Origin: Idiomarina sp. 34-48-12 | GTDB taxonomy: Bacteria > Pseudomonadota > Gammaproteobacteria > Enterobacterales > Alteromonadaceae | Direction: 5' to 3' | Length of the DNA: 63,310 nt | Assembly (NCBI GenBank): GCA_002279005.1 | Contig: NCJS01000010.1 | Coordinates: forward strand, 1 to 63,310 | Shown: positions 28,592 through 39,035 of the stretch, one piece after another | How the letters are laid out: each line of letters begins with the position of its first letter | Position numbering within the stretch: position 1 is the first letter of the stretch | Program-made: the position numbers and the translations under genes | Notes under the pieces: model-generated | Seen by the model: the letters and a program-made list of their open reading frames with translations, nothing else | What the model was told of the DNA's origin: nothing | Database searches by the model: none

Positions 28592-29571
28592 GTGTTATTG
28601 CCGCCGGCACAGTCGCGGCCGCTTTATGGTATAGCTATCAACAGCTGCAGCAACCTCTCGCTTTAAAGCAATCCATTGTATTTGAAGTGAAGCGCGGTAT
28701 GCACGCGCGAACCATTTTAGAGCAACTCAATAAGCAAGGTGCCACTATTCAAGTTACCCCTGTTTATGTTGCAAGCCGTCTATTCGATGTGCCTCAGCGT
28801 TTACAAGCTGGTGTGTACGAAATTCACCCGGCTGATAGTGTTGCCACGGTCTGGCGTAAACTTCGCACTGGCGACCAATATTTATTTCAGGTGACGTTGA
28901 TTGAGGGGCGCACCTTTGCTGAGTGGTTGTCGATTATCGCGAGTTCCGAGCGTTTGATTTTGAGTGCGATAACTGATGAATCAACAAGCATTACCGAAGT
29001 ATTGAACCGCCGTTTAGGCACTCAACATGTCTCCTTTGAAGGCCTGCTTTTTCCGGATACCTATCATTATATGGCGGGTACCAAAGCTATTGAAATATTG
29101 GTAAAAGCGTACGAGCAGATGCAATTGGAGCTGACAGAAATTTGGGCACACCGAAGTGATGATTTGCCCTATGAAAAGCCTTACGAGTTGCTTATTATGG
29201 CATCTATTATTGAAAAAGAGACCGGTATTGGCGGTGAGCGTTCGAAGGTGAGTTCTGTGTTTGTTAATCGGCTGCGTAAAGGGATGCGTTTGCAGTCTGA
29301 TCCAACCACAATTTATGGGATTGATAACTTCGATGGCAACTTAACGCGCGCTCATTTACGCGAACTCACGCCATTTAATACCTACCGTATTGATGGTCTG
29401 CCGCCAACACCGATTGCGATGCCAAGTCGTGAAAGTTTAATCGCGGCGGCACATCCTGAACAAACCGAATACTATTATTTTGTCGCCGATGGTACGGGTG
29501 GCCACGTGTTTTCGAAAACACTGGTGGAACACAATCGTGCGGTGAATCGTTATCAAAGGAATCAAGGTTAA
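28552..29571 (+). CDS. mltG: Endolytic transglycosylase MltG (YceG)
   Basis: [39 protein letters not shown]. Confidence 0.95.
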   Translation: MVFKRFIQIFVSLSVIAAGTVAAALWYSYQQLQQPLALKQSIVFEVKRGMHARTILEQLNKQGATIQVTPVYVASRLFDVPQRLQAGVYEIHPADSVATVWRKLRTGDQYLFQVTLIEGRTFAEWLSIIASSERLILSAITDESTSITEVLNRRLGTQHVSFEGLLFPDTYHYMAGTKAIEILVKAYEQMQLELTEIWAHRSDDLPYEKPYELLIMASIIEKETGIGGERSKVSSVFVNRLRKGMRLQSDPTTIYGIDNFDGNLTRAHLRELTPFNTYRIDGLPPTPIAMPSRESLIAAAHPEQTEYYYFVADGTGGHVFSKTLVEHNRAVNRYQRNQG

Positions 29572-30203
29572 TGCCACTGGGCAAATTTATTGTCATTGAA
29601 GGGTTAGAAGGCGCCGGCAAAAGCTCAGCGATTGCCAGCGTGGTTGCCCATTTACATGCAAAAGGTATTGCGACGCAAACCGTTCGGGAACCGGGTGGTA
29701 CGCCATTGGCAGAAGCTATTCGGGGGTTGGTGAAGCAGGATTGGGATGAGCGTTTAACCGCCGAGACAGAATTATTACTCATGTACGCGAGTCGCGCACA
29801 GTTGGTTGAGAACGTGATTAAGCCAGCGTTGCAAAACGGCATGTGGGTTATTGCCGATCGCCATGATCTGTCGTCGCGCGCCTATCAAGGTGGCGGTCGC
29901 CAGTTAGGTGACGAGAAGCTCACTACACTTCGCCAATTGGTATTAGGTGATTTCGTCCCTGATTTAACGTTACTGTTGGATGTTGACCCGAAGCAGGGGC
30001 TTGAGCGTGCTCGTGAACGCGGCGAACTGGATCGCATTGAGCAAGAAGATCTTGCCTTCTTCGAGCGCACACGCGATCGATACCTTCAAATTGCTCAAGA
30101 TGAGCCGAATATTTGTGTTGTGAACAGTAACCAAGCGATGGCGGATGTGCATCGTGATTTACTGAATCAACTTGAGCAGCATTTGTTTCATGAGTATGGG
30201 TAA
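29571..30203 (+). CDS. tmk: Thymidylate kinase
   Basis: [29 protein letters not shown]. Confidence 0.97.
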   Translation: MPLGKFIVIEGLEGAGKSSAIASVVAHLHAKGIATQTVREPGGTPLAEAIRGLVKQDWDERLTAETELLLMYASRAQLVENVIKPALQNGMWVIADRHDLSSRAYQGGGRQLGDEKLTTLRQLVLGDFVPDLTLLLDVDPKQGLERARERGELDRIEQEDLAFFERTRDRYLQIAQDEPNICVVNSNQAMADVHRDLLNQLEQHLFHEYG

Positions 30204-30206
30204 GAT

Positions 30207-31172
30207 ATGAGTTTACCTTGGTTACGTGATCCTTGGCGGCAGTTGGTTGCTGATTTCCACAATCAGCGTTTTGGCCATGCACACTGTATACCGGATAGAA
30301 AAGGTCTAGGTGCCGAGGCATATACGCTGACTTTGGTTAAGTTTTTACTTTGTTTAGCGCCGACTCAACAAGCCTGCGGCAAATGTAAAAGTTGCTTGTT
30401 GATGGCTGCTGGTACGCACCCAGATTATTATGACCTTGCAAGCGAGGATAATCGCGCTATTGGCGTTGATAAAATTCGAGAACTAACGCAACAATTACAG
30501 CAGACAGCGAGTCAGCATGGTAGCAAAGTTGCGTGGATTAAAGATGCGCATCGCATGACCACTGAGGCTGCAAATGCGCTGTTAAAGACGCTTGAGGAAC
30601 CCAGTGCAAATACCTATTTGATACTCAGCCCTGAGCGCACCAGCGACCTGTTGCCAACGCTACGTAGTCGTATGCGTCTGCATACCTTTCATGAACCGAA
30701 TCAAACGGCAGTAGAAAGCTGGCTAACACAACAGTTAGGGCGATCACTTTCGGAAGCTGAGCGCGTTCGAAGTCATCAGTTCCAAGGCGCCCCATTGACG
30801 GCATTAGCCGCATTGAAAGGGGAGATGGCCGATCCGGTCGACTTTGTTCAAATTATCGCGCACGCCACCATGAATGACGCACCATGGCCACAACCAAAGA
30901 AAGATGATGTGCAGCAGTGGCTTGAAGCCTCACTGGCATGGCTGCAAGAACTGGTTCGAATACGCCAAAGGGTCGCTCAACAACGTTTACATTATCCGCA
31001 ACTGACTCAGAGCGCGCAGGAATGGCTGCAACGAGAGCAGATATCTGTTACAACATTAAACGGTTGGCTCGCTTTATGTTATAATTTGCGCAAAATTACA
31101 CGTGAACAGTCCGGCTTAAACCTACCATTATTATTACAACAACAGTGGTTACAATGGAAACAAAGACCGTAG
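30207..31172 (+). CDS. holB: DNA polymerase III delta-prime subunit
   Basis: CGKCKSC zinc module, HPDY, AANALLKTLEEP, LLPTLRSR; follows tmk. Confidence 0.92.
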   Translation: MSLPWLRDPWRQLVADFHNQRFGHAHCIPDRKGLGAEAYTLTLVKFLLCLAPTQQACGKCKSCLLMAAGTHPDYYDLASEDNRAIGVDKIRELTQQLQQTASQHGSKVAWIKDAHRMTTEAANALLKTLEEPSANTYLILSPERTSDLLPTLRSRMRLHTFHEPNQTAVESWLTQQLGRSLSEAERVRSHQFQGAPLTALAALKGEMADPVDFVQIIAHATMNDAPWPQPKKDDVQQWLEASLAWLQELVRIRQRVAQQRLHYPQLTQSAQEWLQREQISVTTLNGWLALCYNLRKITREQSGLNLPLLLQQQWLQWKQRP

Positions 31173-31519
31173 CAGCTGACGCTGAAGCAGACTTACCAAA
31201 AAAACGAATTGTGCTTGGTACTGAAGCGCAATTACGCCGTTATTACATGCCTTTTATTAAAGGCGGCGGGTTGTTTTTAACAACCGATGAACCGCTAAAT
31301 ATTGGTGATGCGTTTCTACTGGAAGTACGTCTGTTTGGTGAACAAAACTCAGTGTTGGTAAAGTGCAAAGTGGTATGGTTAGCGCCATCTAAGCCTGGAC
31401 GTCCAGAACAGCAGGGCGTTGGTGTTCAATTTGTTGACGATAAAGCCATGTTAAAGAACATGATTGAGTCAAAGTTAGCCGCTATTGGTAACACTGGCAC
31501 ACCAACCGCCACCATGTAA
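31154..31519 (+). CDS. pilZ: PilZ-domain protein (type IV pilus PilZ-like)
   Basis: YMPFIKGGGLF, KVVW, GVGVQF; conserved holB-pilZ-tatD order. Confidence 0.82.
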   Translation: METKTVAADAEADLPKKRIVLGTEAQLRRYYMPFIKGGGLFLTTDEPLNIGDAFLLEVRLFGEQNSVLVKCKVVWLAPSKPGRPEQQGVGVQFVDDKAMLKNMIESKLAAIGNTGTPTATM

Positions 31520-31543
31520 CACATCTTTGAGTTTGGAGTTGTT

Positions 31544-32326
31544 GTGTTTGTCGATTCCCACTGTCATCTCGATAAAATTGATCTCGCAAATTTTAATGGC
31601 GATTTTACTGCCGTCATCGATGCCGCTCGTGCGGCTCAAGTTGAGCATATGCTGTGCATAGGCGTCACGCTTGATGACTTTCCTGCAATGCGTGAACGCG
31701 TAGCTGGCTTTTCTGATATCAGCATTTCTTGTGGTGTGCATCCGCTCTATGTTGCGAAACATCCGCTGAATAAAGCGCAGCTAAAAAAGTGGGCTGCGCT
31801 ACCTGAAGTGGTTGCCATTGGTGAAACTGGTCTCGACTATTACTACGATCCTGAAAGCCGTCCTGTGCAGCAAGAGAGTTTTGCTTATCATATCGATCTT
31901 GCGAATGAGTTAGACAAACCGTTGATTATTCATACCCGTGATGCCCGCGATGACACGATTGCGATGCTACGCGAAGGTCAAGCGCATCGCTGTGGCGGCG
32001 TATTACATTGTTTTACTGAATCACTTGAGATGGCTCAGCAAGCAATTGAGCACCTCGATTTTTATATTTCCATCTCTGGAATCGCTTCGTTTCGAAATGC
32101 CGCCGAGTTACGCGATGTTGTAAAAGCGTTGCCTCTTGAACGGTTATTAATTGAAACCGATAGCCCTTGGTTAGCTCCGGTACCGCATCGCGGGAAAGAG
32201 AACCAACCTGCATTTGTTACCGAAGTTGCAAAGTGTGTTGCCGATGTAAAAGGCGTGACGCTAGCCGAGGTAGCGGAAGTGACTACACATAACTTTTATT
32301 CGTTGTTTAAACGGGTGCGAACATAA
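31544..32326 (+). CDS. ycfH: TatD-family metal-dependent hydrolase/DNase (YcfH)
   Basis: FVDSHCHL, AIGETGLDY, IIHTR, VLHCF, IETDSPWLAP. Confidence 0.92.
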   Translation: MFVDSHCHLDKIDLANFNGDFTAVIDAARAAQVEHMLCIGVTLDDFPAMRERVAGFSDISISCGVHPLYVAKHPLNKAQLKKWAALPEVVAIGETGLDYYYDPESRPVQQESFAYHIDLANELDKPLIIHTRDARDDTIAMLREGQAHRCGGVLHCFTESLEMAQQAIEHLDFYISISGIASFRNAAELRDVVKALPLERLLIETDSPWLAPVPHRGKENQPAFVTEVAKCVADVKGVTLAEVAEVTTHNFYSLFKRVRT

Positions 32327-32386
32327 TTTTGTACGTTTTTTACACAAAAAATTCGCATTTTTAAAATAACGTTCTAAACTAAATCT

Positions 32387-32480
32387 TACCCTCGAAATTT
32401 ATCGAGTTAGCGCACGGCTCAATCCCTTGAGCCATTCCCCTAAGCTCGGGACAACTTGGATTCGTCCCGAGCATTTTTTT
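32387..32480 (+). ncRNA. Candidate ~95-nt structured small RNA ending in a Rho-independent terminator
   Basis: TTCGCA-N17-TAAACT promoter-like (32352-32380); hairpins CTCGA/TCGAG and GGCTCAA-TCCC-TTGAGCC; terminator GCTCGGGAC-N11-GTCCCGAGC-A-T7. Confidence 0.45.
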
Positions 32481-32500
32481 GTCTCAAATTCGTCCATTAT

Positions 32501-32553
32501 CTGCGCTAGGTATCTACGCCAGGTAGTAACTACGCCAGGTAACTACGCCAGGA
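32501..32553. repeat. Four imperfect direct copies of CTACGCCAGGTA
   Basis: Copies start at 32501 (CTGCGCTAGGTA), 32514, 32530 and 32543 (CTACGCCAGGA), abutting the transporter stop codon. Confidence 0.85.
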
Positions 32554-33897
32554 TTAGCCGCGCCAAATAACCAGAAGTATAAGGACCGGGCAGATGAATT
32601 TGACGTACCATGGCCAAATTTTCCAGAACCATGTTTTGTCTATTTCTGGCGCACCTTCTTGCAGTGCTTTTAGAAGGAAATGTTGGCGTAATATCCAGGT
32701 TAACAAGAGTCCGAAAATCAGAGCTAACAGTGGTTGCATGTACACGGTTGTAAAGGTCACGACTGCGCCGAATAAGCTCGAGAAATTGTAAATAATAATA
32801 GCCGAAATAAGGCCGATAGTGGCGCCGACAACCCAAACCATTTGTGCGCGTGACTGACCAGTTTCTTCAACCAGTGCATTGACCGGCGCTTCAAGCATGG
32901 AAATTGATGAAGTAATGGCAGCGATAACCATCAATGCGAAGAAGGCGAGCCCTACCCATAATCCAGCATGTCCCATTGAATCGAACATGGCCGGCAATAC
33001 GTTAAATACCAGTGTATCGCTCGACAAGAGTTGACCGGCTTGGTCATAGATCACGACACCGAGTTCCTGCGCGGCAAACATTGCAGGCAGGATGAGTAGA
33101 CCTGCTAAAAACGCAACAGAGGTATCCAGTCCGGCAACCCAGCCTGCGGTTTTCGGAAGGTGCTCATCTTTCGAGAGGTAAGCACCGTAGGTCATCATGC
33201 AACATACCCCTAGTGACAATGAGAAGAATGCTTGCCCCATTGCGCGAATCACCAGGTTTGGATTCGTGACTTGTTCAAAATCAGGCGTGAGGTACATTTT
33301 CAAGCCGTTGATGGCGCCTGGCAGCGTTAAAATGTATAGCGCCATGGCAATCAGCAGAACAAACAACAACGGCATAAGGCGACGCGACCAACGCTCAATG
33401 CCGTCGGTTACACCTGAGCGAACAACATGAATGGTGAGTACAAGGAACAAGACCATCATGATTAAATTGCGCTCAACACCGAAATCGGTTAACCAAGTGG
33501 CTGCACTGTGAAACCCGAGCAATTCAGCTAGTGGCGCAAACATAAATGCGAGTAGCCAACCTGAAACAATGGCGTAGAAGCTTAGAATAAGTGACAACAC
33601 AACTAAACCAACAATACCGGTAAAGGCACCAAAGCCACGCCAAAATGGTTTATCGCTGAGGGCACGCAATGCCTCGACTGGATTACGTTGGCGCATACGG
33701 CCAATGGTTAATTCAGCAACCAGCATTGGATAGGCGAGTAGGGCAACCATTAATAGATAAACTAATAGAAATGCACCACCACCGTTTTGTGCGGCTTGAG
33801 TGGGGAAACCCCAAATGTTGCCAACGCCAACAGCTGAACCAGCTGCGGCAAGAATGAAACCGATACGAGATGAAAAAGCAGGAGATTTAAGAGCCAT
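32554..33897 (-). CDS. Sodium-dependent transporter, NSS/SNF family (likely amino acid)
   Basis: GFILAAAGSAVGVGNIWGFP, NGGGAF, GQAFFSLSLG. Confidence 0.93.
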   Translation of the reverse strand: MALKSPAFSSRIGFILAAAGSAVGVGNIWGFPTQAAQNGGGAFLLVYLLMVALLAYPMLVAELTIGRMRQRNPVEALRALSDKPFWRGFGAFTGIVGLVVLSLILSFYAIVSGWLLAFMFAPLAELLGFHSAATWLTDFGVERNLIMMVLFLVLTIHVVRSGVTDGIERWSRRLMPLLFVLLIAMALYILTLPGAINGLKMYLTPDFEQVTNPNLVIRAMGQAFFSLSLGVCCMMTYGAYLSKDEHLPKTAGWVAGLDTSVAFLAGLLILPAMFAAQELGVVIYDQAGQLLSSDTLVFNVLPAMFDSMGHAGLWVGLAFFALMVIAAITSSISMLEAPVNALVEETGQSRAQMVWVVGATIGLISAIIIYNFSSLFGAVVTFTTVYMQPLLALIFGLLLTWILRQHFLLKALQEGAPEIDKTWFWKIWPWYVKFICPVLILLVIWRG

Positions 33898-33930
33898 ATT
33901 TTTATTCTTGTTGTTCTGTGATTATTCGGC

Positions 33931-34941
33931 TTAGGCGGTCAATTCACCACGTAAGTTAGTTTCAAGGAGATTACTTATCTCACGCTGAGATAAATTCTGC
34001 GACAACAAATAATGCAGTTTTGTGAGCGCAGCTTCAATCGTCATGTCATGACCACTGACAACGCCAACCTGTGCCAGCGCGTTACCAGTTGCGTAACCGC
34101 CCATATTTACCTTGCCTTTGAAGCACTGAGTGCAGTTAAGCACAACCGTACCTTGCGCAATAGCGCGCTGTAAACTGGCCAGCAGTTTCTGGTCTTGCGG
34201 GGCATTGCCGACGCCATAACTTTGCATAATAAGGGCTTTTACCGGCTGCTGCAGCATGTTATCAAATATTGCCGCTGAAATGCCCGGATATAAGGTGACA
34301 ACACCTATCGCTTGCGGTGTGACGGAAGTTAATCGCAGTGGCTCGTGCCCAATGTCTTTAATGGTTCCGGCATCAACAGTAATTTGTATGCCGGCTTTCA
34401 GTAGCGGCGCAAAATTTGGTGATGCGAACGCATTAAATCCATTCGCATCGGCTTTTGTTGCGCGATTACCACGATACAAGGTGTTGTTAAAAAATAAGCC
34501 GACTTCGTGTATTGGGTAGTTCGCAGCAATATACAGAGCATTCAAAAGATTGGTTTGACCATCAGAGCGCAATGCGGCAAGCGGAATTTGCGATCCGGTA
34601 ATGATCACCGGCTTAGCCAAGTTTTCAAACATGAATGATAACGCGGAAGCCGTGTAAGCCATGGTGTCGGTACCATGTAATATCACGAAACCATCGTAGT
34701 CACTGTAATTGCGTTGGATATCTTCGGCGATGTGTTGCCAATCGGCAGGGGACATATCCGATGAATCCATGAGCGGATCATACTCGTGAATGGTGAACTC
34801 TGGCATTTCGTCCCGATAGAACTCGGGCATGCGTTTTACACACTCTGTTAAAAAGCCAGACACAGGGATATAACCCTGTGTCGACTTTTGCATACCAATT
34901 GTTCCGCCTGTGTAGGCGACATAAATACGTTTTTTAGTCAT
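33931..34941 (-). CDS. ansA: Cytoplasmic L-asparaginase I
   Basis: AYTGGTIGM, LHGTDTMAY, TGSQIP. Confidence 0.96.
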   Translation of the reverse strand: MTKKRIYVAYTGGTIGMQKSTQGYIPVSGFLTECVKRMPEFYRDEMPEFTIHEYDPLMDSSDMSPADWQHIAEDIQRNYSDYDGFVILHGTDTMAYTASALSFMFENLAKPVIITGSQIPLAALRSDGQTNLLNALYIAANYPIHEVGLFFNNTLYRGNRATKADANGFNAFASPNFAPLLKAGIQITVDAGTIKDIGHEPLRLTSVTPQAIGVVTLYPGISAAIFDNMLQQPVKALIMQSYGVGNAPQDQKLLASLQRAIAQGTVVLNCTQCFKGKVNMGGYATGNALAQVGVVSGHDMTIEAALTKLHYLLSQNLSQREISNLLETNLRGELTA

Positions 34942-34944
34942 GAA

Positions 34945-36798
34945 TCACTGCAGTGGACATAGTTCGCACAGTGCATAAACACCGTTCGGGTCGTTAAATT
35001 TATCCAGTAATTTAACTTCCTGCCACACGCGTTGCAATTCCATTTCAATCGGCGAGTGATTTTTTTCAAAGACGGATGCCGGTACCCAAGCACTGGCTTG
35101 ACCGAATAAATCACGCATGAACTGGTCGCGAGCTGATAAATCGGCTTCAATGACGTCCACATCATACTCAACCAGTTCGGCTTTCTGTGCTGCTGCACGA
35201 ATCGCGTCATCAAGCCCACCGAGCTGATCAACAAGTCCAAATTGTTGTGCTTGGCTACCGGTCCAAACGCGACCTTGCGCCACAGCGTGGACTTCGTCGT
35301 AGCTCATATCGCGGCTTTCAGCGACCATGCTCACAAAATCACGGTAGAACTTTTCGATGCTCATTTGCACGACTTGCTTGCCGCCTTCATCAAGACCACG
35401 GGTCACGTCGAGTACCGGTAAATTCGTGGTGTGATAACCGTCGTTATAAACACCAATTTCAGCCAATGAGTTTTCAAACGTGAAGAACATACCGAACACA
35501 CCAATCGAACCCGTGATGGTTTCTGGTGCGGCCCAAATTTCATCAGCACTTGCAGCTATCCAATAACCACCCGATGCGGCAACGCTGCTCATTGAAGCAA
35601 TCACAGGTTTACCAGCTTTCTGTAATTCGAGCACTTCTTGGCGAATCACTTCTGAAGCAAAGCCGCTGCCACCTGGGCTATCAATGCGAAGTACAACCGC
35701 TTTGACTTGATCATCCAAACGCGCTTTGCGTAACAGCTCTGCAGTGCTATCACCGCCAATCATGCCAGCTTTTTGGTGACCATCGACAATGACACCACGG
35801 GCAACAACAATGGCAATGTTGTCACGTTCTTTGGTTTCTTCTTCAAACGCTTGGCCATTCAGCGACTCTAAATAGTCGTCGTGGTTAATTTGACGCCAGC
35901 TTTTCTCGTCATCATCAAGACCGGTTAAGGTAATCATTTCTTGACGGAATTGCTCGCGCGAATACAAGTCCGTGACTAAACCAGTACCGACAGCCATTTG
36001 TGCAAAATCGTTATTGTGTTCAGTTACGGTGGCTAAGAACTCGTCCATGTCGCCAGAAAGAACACGTGAATCTAATTCACGCAGCGCGGCGACATCGGTT
36101 ATATAGGTTTGCCAGAGCTCGTCGTACAACATTTTGTTCGCTTCACGAGCTTGGTCAGACATATCGTTGCGCGTATACGGTTCAACCGCCGATTTATAAG
36201 CACCCACTTTGAATACATGCGTGCTGACTTTCAATTTCTCGAGCAACTCTTTGAAGTACAGGCGATAGGAGCCATAACCTTCAAACATCATCATGCCGAG
36301 CGGGTTTAAATAAACCTTATCGGCGTGTGCTGCAACGTAGTACTGGTCTTGGCTGTAGGCGTCAGCGTAGGTGATAACCGGCTTGCCGCTTTCACGAAAT
36401 GCTAACAACGCCTCGCCGAGAACATTCATTTTATTGAGGCCACCGCCAGTAAAGCTGCTCAACTTCAACTGAATGCCACTGATACGATCATCGGCTGCAG
36501 CTTTCTCAATCGCCACCACCACATCACTGAGTAAAACCTCCGCCGGCTGACCACTGCCGCCTAACATTTCATCAAAAAATGCGTCGACAGGATCAACCCA
36601 CGTTTTCTCTTCAACTAAGCGGCCATTTAATTCGAGTACAAGTACGCCGTTGTCTGGTACACGAATTGGTTCTTCGTCCGCAGCAAAAAGGCCAATGAAC
36701 ACAAGCAAAATCAAGAAGAACACAATGTTCACGATGATTTTGCGAATGACGTTAATGAGGCTAAATAGTTTTTTGAAGACTGAGGCGATACCGCTCAT
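34945..36798 (-). CDS. sppA: Signal peptide peptidase SppA (protease IV)
   Basis: YKSAVEPY, LRIDSPGGS, AASGGYWI, TGSIGV, AQGRVWTG. Confidence 0.95.
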   Translation of the reverse strand: MSGIASVFKKLFSLINVIRKIIVNIVFFLILLVFIGLFAADEEPIRVPDNGVLVLELNGRLVEEKTWVDPVDAFFDEMLGGSGQPAEVLLSDVVVAIEKAAADDRISGIQLKLSSFTGGGLNKMNVLGEALLAFRESGKPVITYADAYSQDQYYVAAHADKVYLNPLGMMMFEGYGSYRLYFKELLEKLKVSTHVFKVGAYKSAVEPYTRNDMSDQAREANKMLYDELWQTYITDVAALRELDSRVLSGDMDEFLATVTEHNNDFAQMAVGTGLVTDLYSREQFRQEMITLTGLDDDEKSWRQINHDDYLESLNGQAFEEETKERDNIAIVVARGVIVDGHQKAGMIGGDSTAELLRKARLDDQVKAVVLRIDSPGGSGFASEVIRQEVLELQKAGKPVIASMSSVAASGGYWIAASADEIWAAPETITGSIGVFGMFFTFENSLAEIGVYNDGYHTTNLPVLDVTRGLDEGGKQVVQMSIEKFYRDFVSMVAESRDMSYDEVHAVAQGRVWTGSQAQQFGLVDQLGGLDDAIRAAAQKAELVEYDVDVIEADLSARDQFMRDLFGQASAWVPASVFEKNHSPIEMELQRVWQEVKLLDKFNDPNGVYALCELCPLQ

Positions 36799-36946
36799 AT
36801 GAAACAATCCCAAATTAAGTAGTAATGTTAGGAGATTACCGCAGAAATTACTGAGAAACTAGTAAGACAATGTAACAGAGCGTGATCATTTGCTAAGCTA
36901 TCGAAAACTTGGCGAGCTAGCCAAATTTCACTTCTTTGAGGATGTT

Positions 36947-37498
36947 ATGGACGCATTGGAACTTTTAACAACGCGCTCGTCAATGCCGCGGCTAATAGAG
37001 CCAGGCCCAACGAACGAGCAATTTGATTTAATGCTAAAAGCGGCGGCGCGAGCGCCCGATCACATGGCGTTAATGCCGTATCATTTTATTGTTTTTAACG
37101 ATGACAAGCGTCAGCAATTAGGCCAAATTTTCCAACGCGCGGCTATTGAGCAAGGTCAGGCTGAGGTGCAATGTGTGCAAGCGAGTCAACTTCCACTACG
37201 TGCCCCCATGGTTATTGCTGTGGCAATGAAATACCAACCACACGATAAAGTACCGCGCGATGAACAGTTAGCGAGTGCGGCGTGTGCAACATTGTTATTG
37301 CAGCAAGCCGCGTTTTCGCAAGGGCTTGGGGCTATTTGGCGGACGGGGTGGTACGCGGAATCATCGTTCGTAAAAGAAGAACTTGGCTTAAACGAACACG
37401 ATGTGATTGTTGGGTTTTTGTATGTGGGGACACCAGCAGTGCCGACACCGATAAAACCGAACAAGGAATTGAACGGCAAGGTTCAGTTTTGGCAGTAA
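36947..37498 (+). CDS. ydjA: NAD(P)H nitroreductase YdjA family
   Basis: MDALELLTTRSS, RAPDH, WRTG; divergent from sppA as in enterobacteria. Confidence 0.88.
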   Translation: MDALELLTTRSSMPRLIEPGPTNEQFDLMLKAAARAPDHMALMPYHFIVFNDDKRQQLGQIFQRAAIEQGQAEVQCVQASQLPLRAPMVIAVAMKYQPHDKVPRDEQLASAACATLLLQQAAFSQGLGAIWRTGWYAESSFVKEELGLNEHDVIVGFLYVGTPAVPTPIKPNKELNGKVQFWQ

Positions 37499-37506
37499 GT
37501 TAACCA

Positions 37507-37536
37507 ATAAAAAACCAGCCGAAGCTGGTTTTTTAT
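37507..37536. terminator. Bidirectional terminator between ydjA and asnS
   Basis: ATAAAAAACCAGC-CGAA-GCTGGTTTTTTAT perfect inverted repeat. Confidence 0.92.
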
Positions 37537-37551
37537 GGCTTGCAATTTCAT

Positions 37552-38952
37552 TTAGAAATCGGCAGTTTTTGGTGCACGAGGGAATGGAATGACATCACGT
37601 ATGTTGCCCATTCCGGTGACATAAGTTACTAAACGCTCAAAGCCAAGCCCGAATCCTGCGTGCGGTACGGTGCCGTAACGACGTAAATCACGGTACCAGC
37701 CATAATCTTCAGTAGGCAAACCAAGTTCATGCATACGTGCATCAAGGCGCTCTAAACGCTCTTCGCGGGCACTACCGCCGATGATCTCACCAATACCTGG
37801 TGCTAATACATCCATCGCTGCAACCGTTTTACCGTCGTCATTTTGGCGCATATAGAAGGCTTTAATATCTTTCGGATAGTTTTTCAGAACAATCGGCGCG
37901 CCAACATGTTCTTCAGCTAAATAGCGTTCATGTTCAGACTGCAAATCTGTACCCCATTCAACCGGGTATTCAAATTTCTTACCGCAGTTTTGCAGAATTT
38001 CGACAGCATCGGTGTAATCCATGTGCACAAACTTGTTGCTAACCACATGGTTGAGTCGATCGAGTACACCTTTATCAACACGCTGTTGGAAAAAGGCCAT
38101 ATCGTCAGCGCGTTCTTCAAGCACCGCATTGATACAGTACTTCAGCATGTCTTCTGCTAAGTAAGCAATGTCGTTCAAATCAGCGAACGCGACCTCTGGC
38201 TCTACCATCCAAAATTCAGCTAAGTGGCGGCTGGTGTTGGAGTTTTCGGCGCGGAACGTCGGGCCAAAGGTATAGATTTTTGATAGTGCACAGGCGTAGG
38301 CTTCGCCATTTAACTGACCAGAAACAGTCAAAAACGCTTCTTTTCCGAAAAAGTCTTTGCTGAAATCGATGCCACCATTATCTGTGTGCGGCAGGTTCAT
38401 CAAGTCCAATGTCGAAACACGGAACATTTCGCCAGCACCTTCGGCGTCCGAAGCGGTAATGATCGGGGTTGCAACCCACAAATAACCACGCTCATGGAAG
38501 AAACGATGCAAAGCTTGTGATAAGCAATTACGTACGCGCATGACAGCACCAGTAATATTGGTGCGTGGGCGCAGGTGAGCAAATTCACGCAAGTATTCCA
38601 TGGAATGAGGCTTTGGCGACATAGGATAGGTGTCAGGATCTTCAACAAAGCCGTAAACGTGAACCGCAGTGGCTTGAATTTCGAAGCTTTGACCTTTGCC
38701 GGCGTTTTCAGCTACCGTTCCGGTGATCGCAACGCTACAGCCAGTGGTTAGTTTGAGAATCTCATTGTCATAATTGTCGAGATTATTCGGTACGACCGCC
38801 TGAATAGCGTCAAAACACGAACCATCATGCACGTTGATAAATGAAATGCCTGCTTTTGAATCGCGACGGGTACGAACCCAACCGCGTACAGTAACTTCAT
38901 CACCAACGGCAACTTTTCCCGATAAAACATCGACAATTGTAGCGAAGGACAT
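37552..38952 (-). CDS. asnS: Asparagine--tRNA ligase
   Basis: [40 protein letters not shown]. Confidence 0.98.
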   Translation of the reverse strand: MSFATIVDVLSGKVAVGDEVTVRGWVRTRRDSKAGISFINVHDGSCFDAIQAVVPNNLDNYDNEILKLTTGCSVAITGTVAENAGKGQSFEIQATAVHVYGFVEDPDTYPMSPKPHSMEYLREFAHLRPRTNITGAVMRVRNCLSQALHRFFHERGYLWVATPIITASDAEGAGEMFRVSTLDLMNLPHTDNGGIDFSKDFFGKEAFLTVSGQLNGEAYACALSKIYTFGPTFRAENSNTSRHLAEFWMVEPEVAFADLNDIAYLAEDMLKYCINAVLEERADDMAFFQQRVDKGVLDRLNHVVSNKFVHMDYTDAVEILQNCGKKFEYPVEWGTDLQSEHERYLAEEHVGAPIVLKNYPKDIKAFYMRQNDDGKTVAAMDVLAPGIGEIIGGSAREERLERLDARMHELGLPTEDYGWYRDLRRYGTVPHAGFGLGFERLVTYVTGMGNIRDVIPFPRAPKTADF

Positions 38953-39035
38953 GGGCCTACAAACTCCGTTAGTTAAGGTATAAGAATAAAATAGGCTGAT
39001 ATGTTACCTTGCTTTGCGCCAGACTCAAGCGAAAA

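Noticed and set aside
32501-32553. Possible mini-CRISPR
   Set aside because: 12-bp units with 1-4 bp gaps, no spacers and no cas genes.
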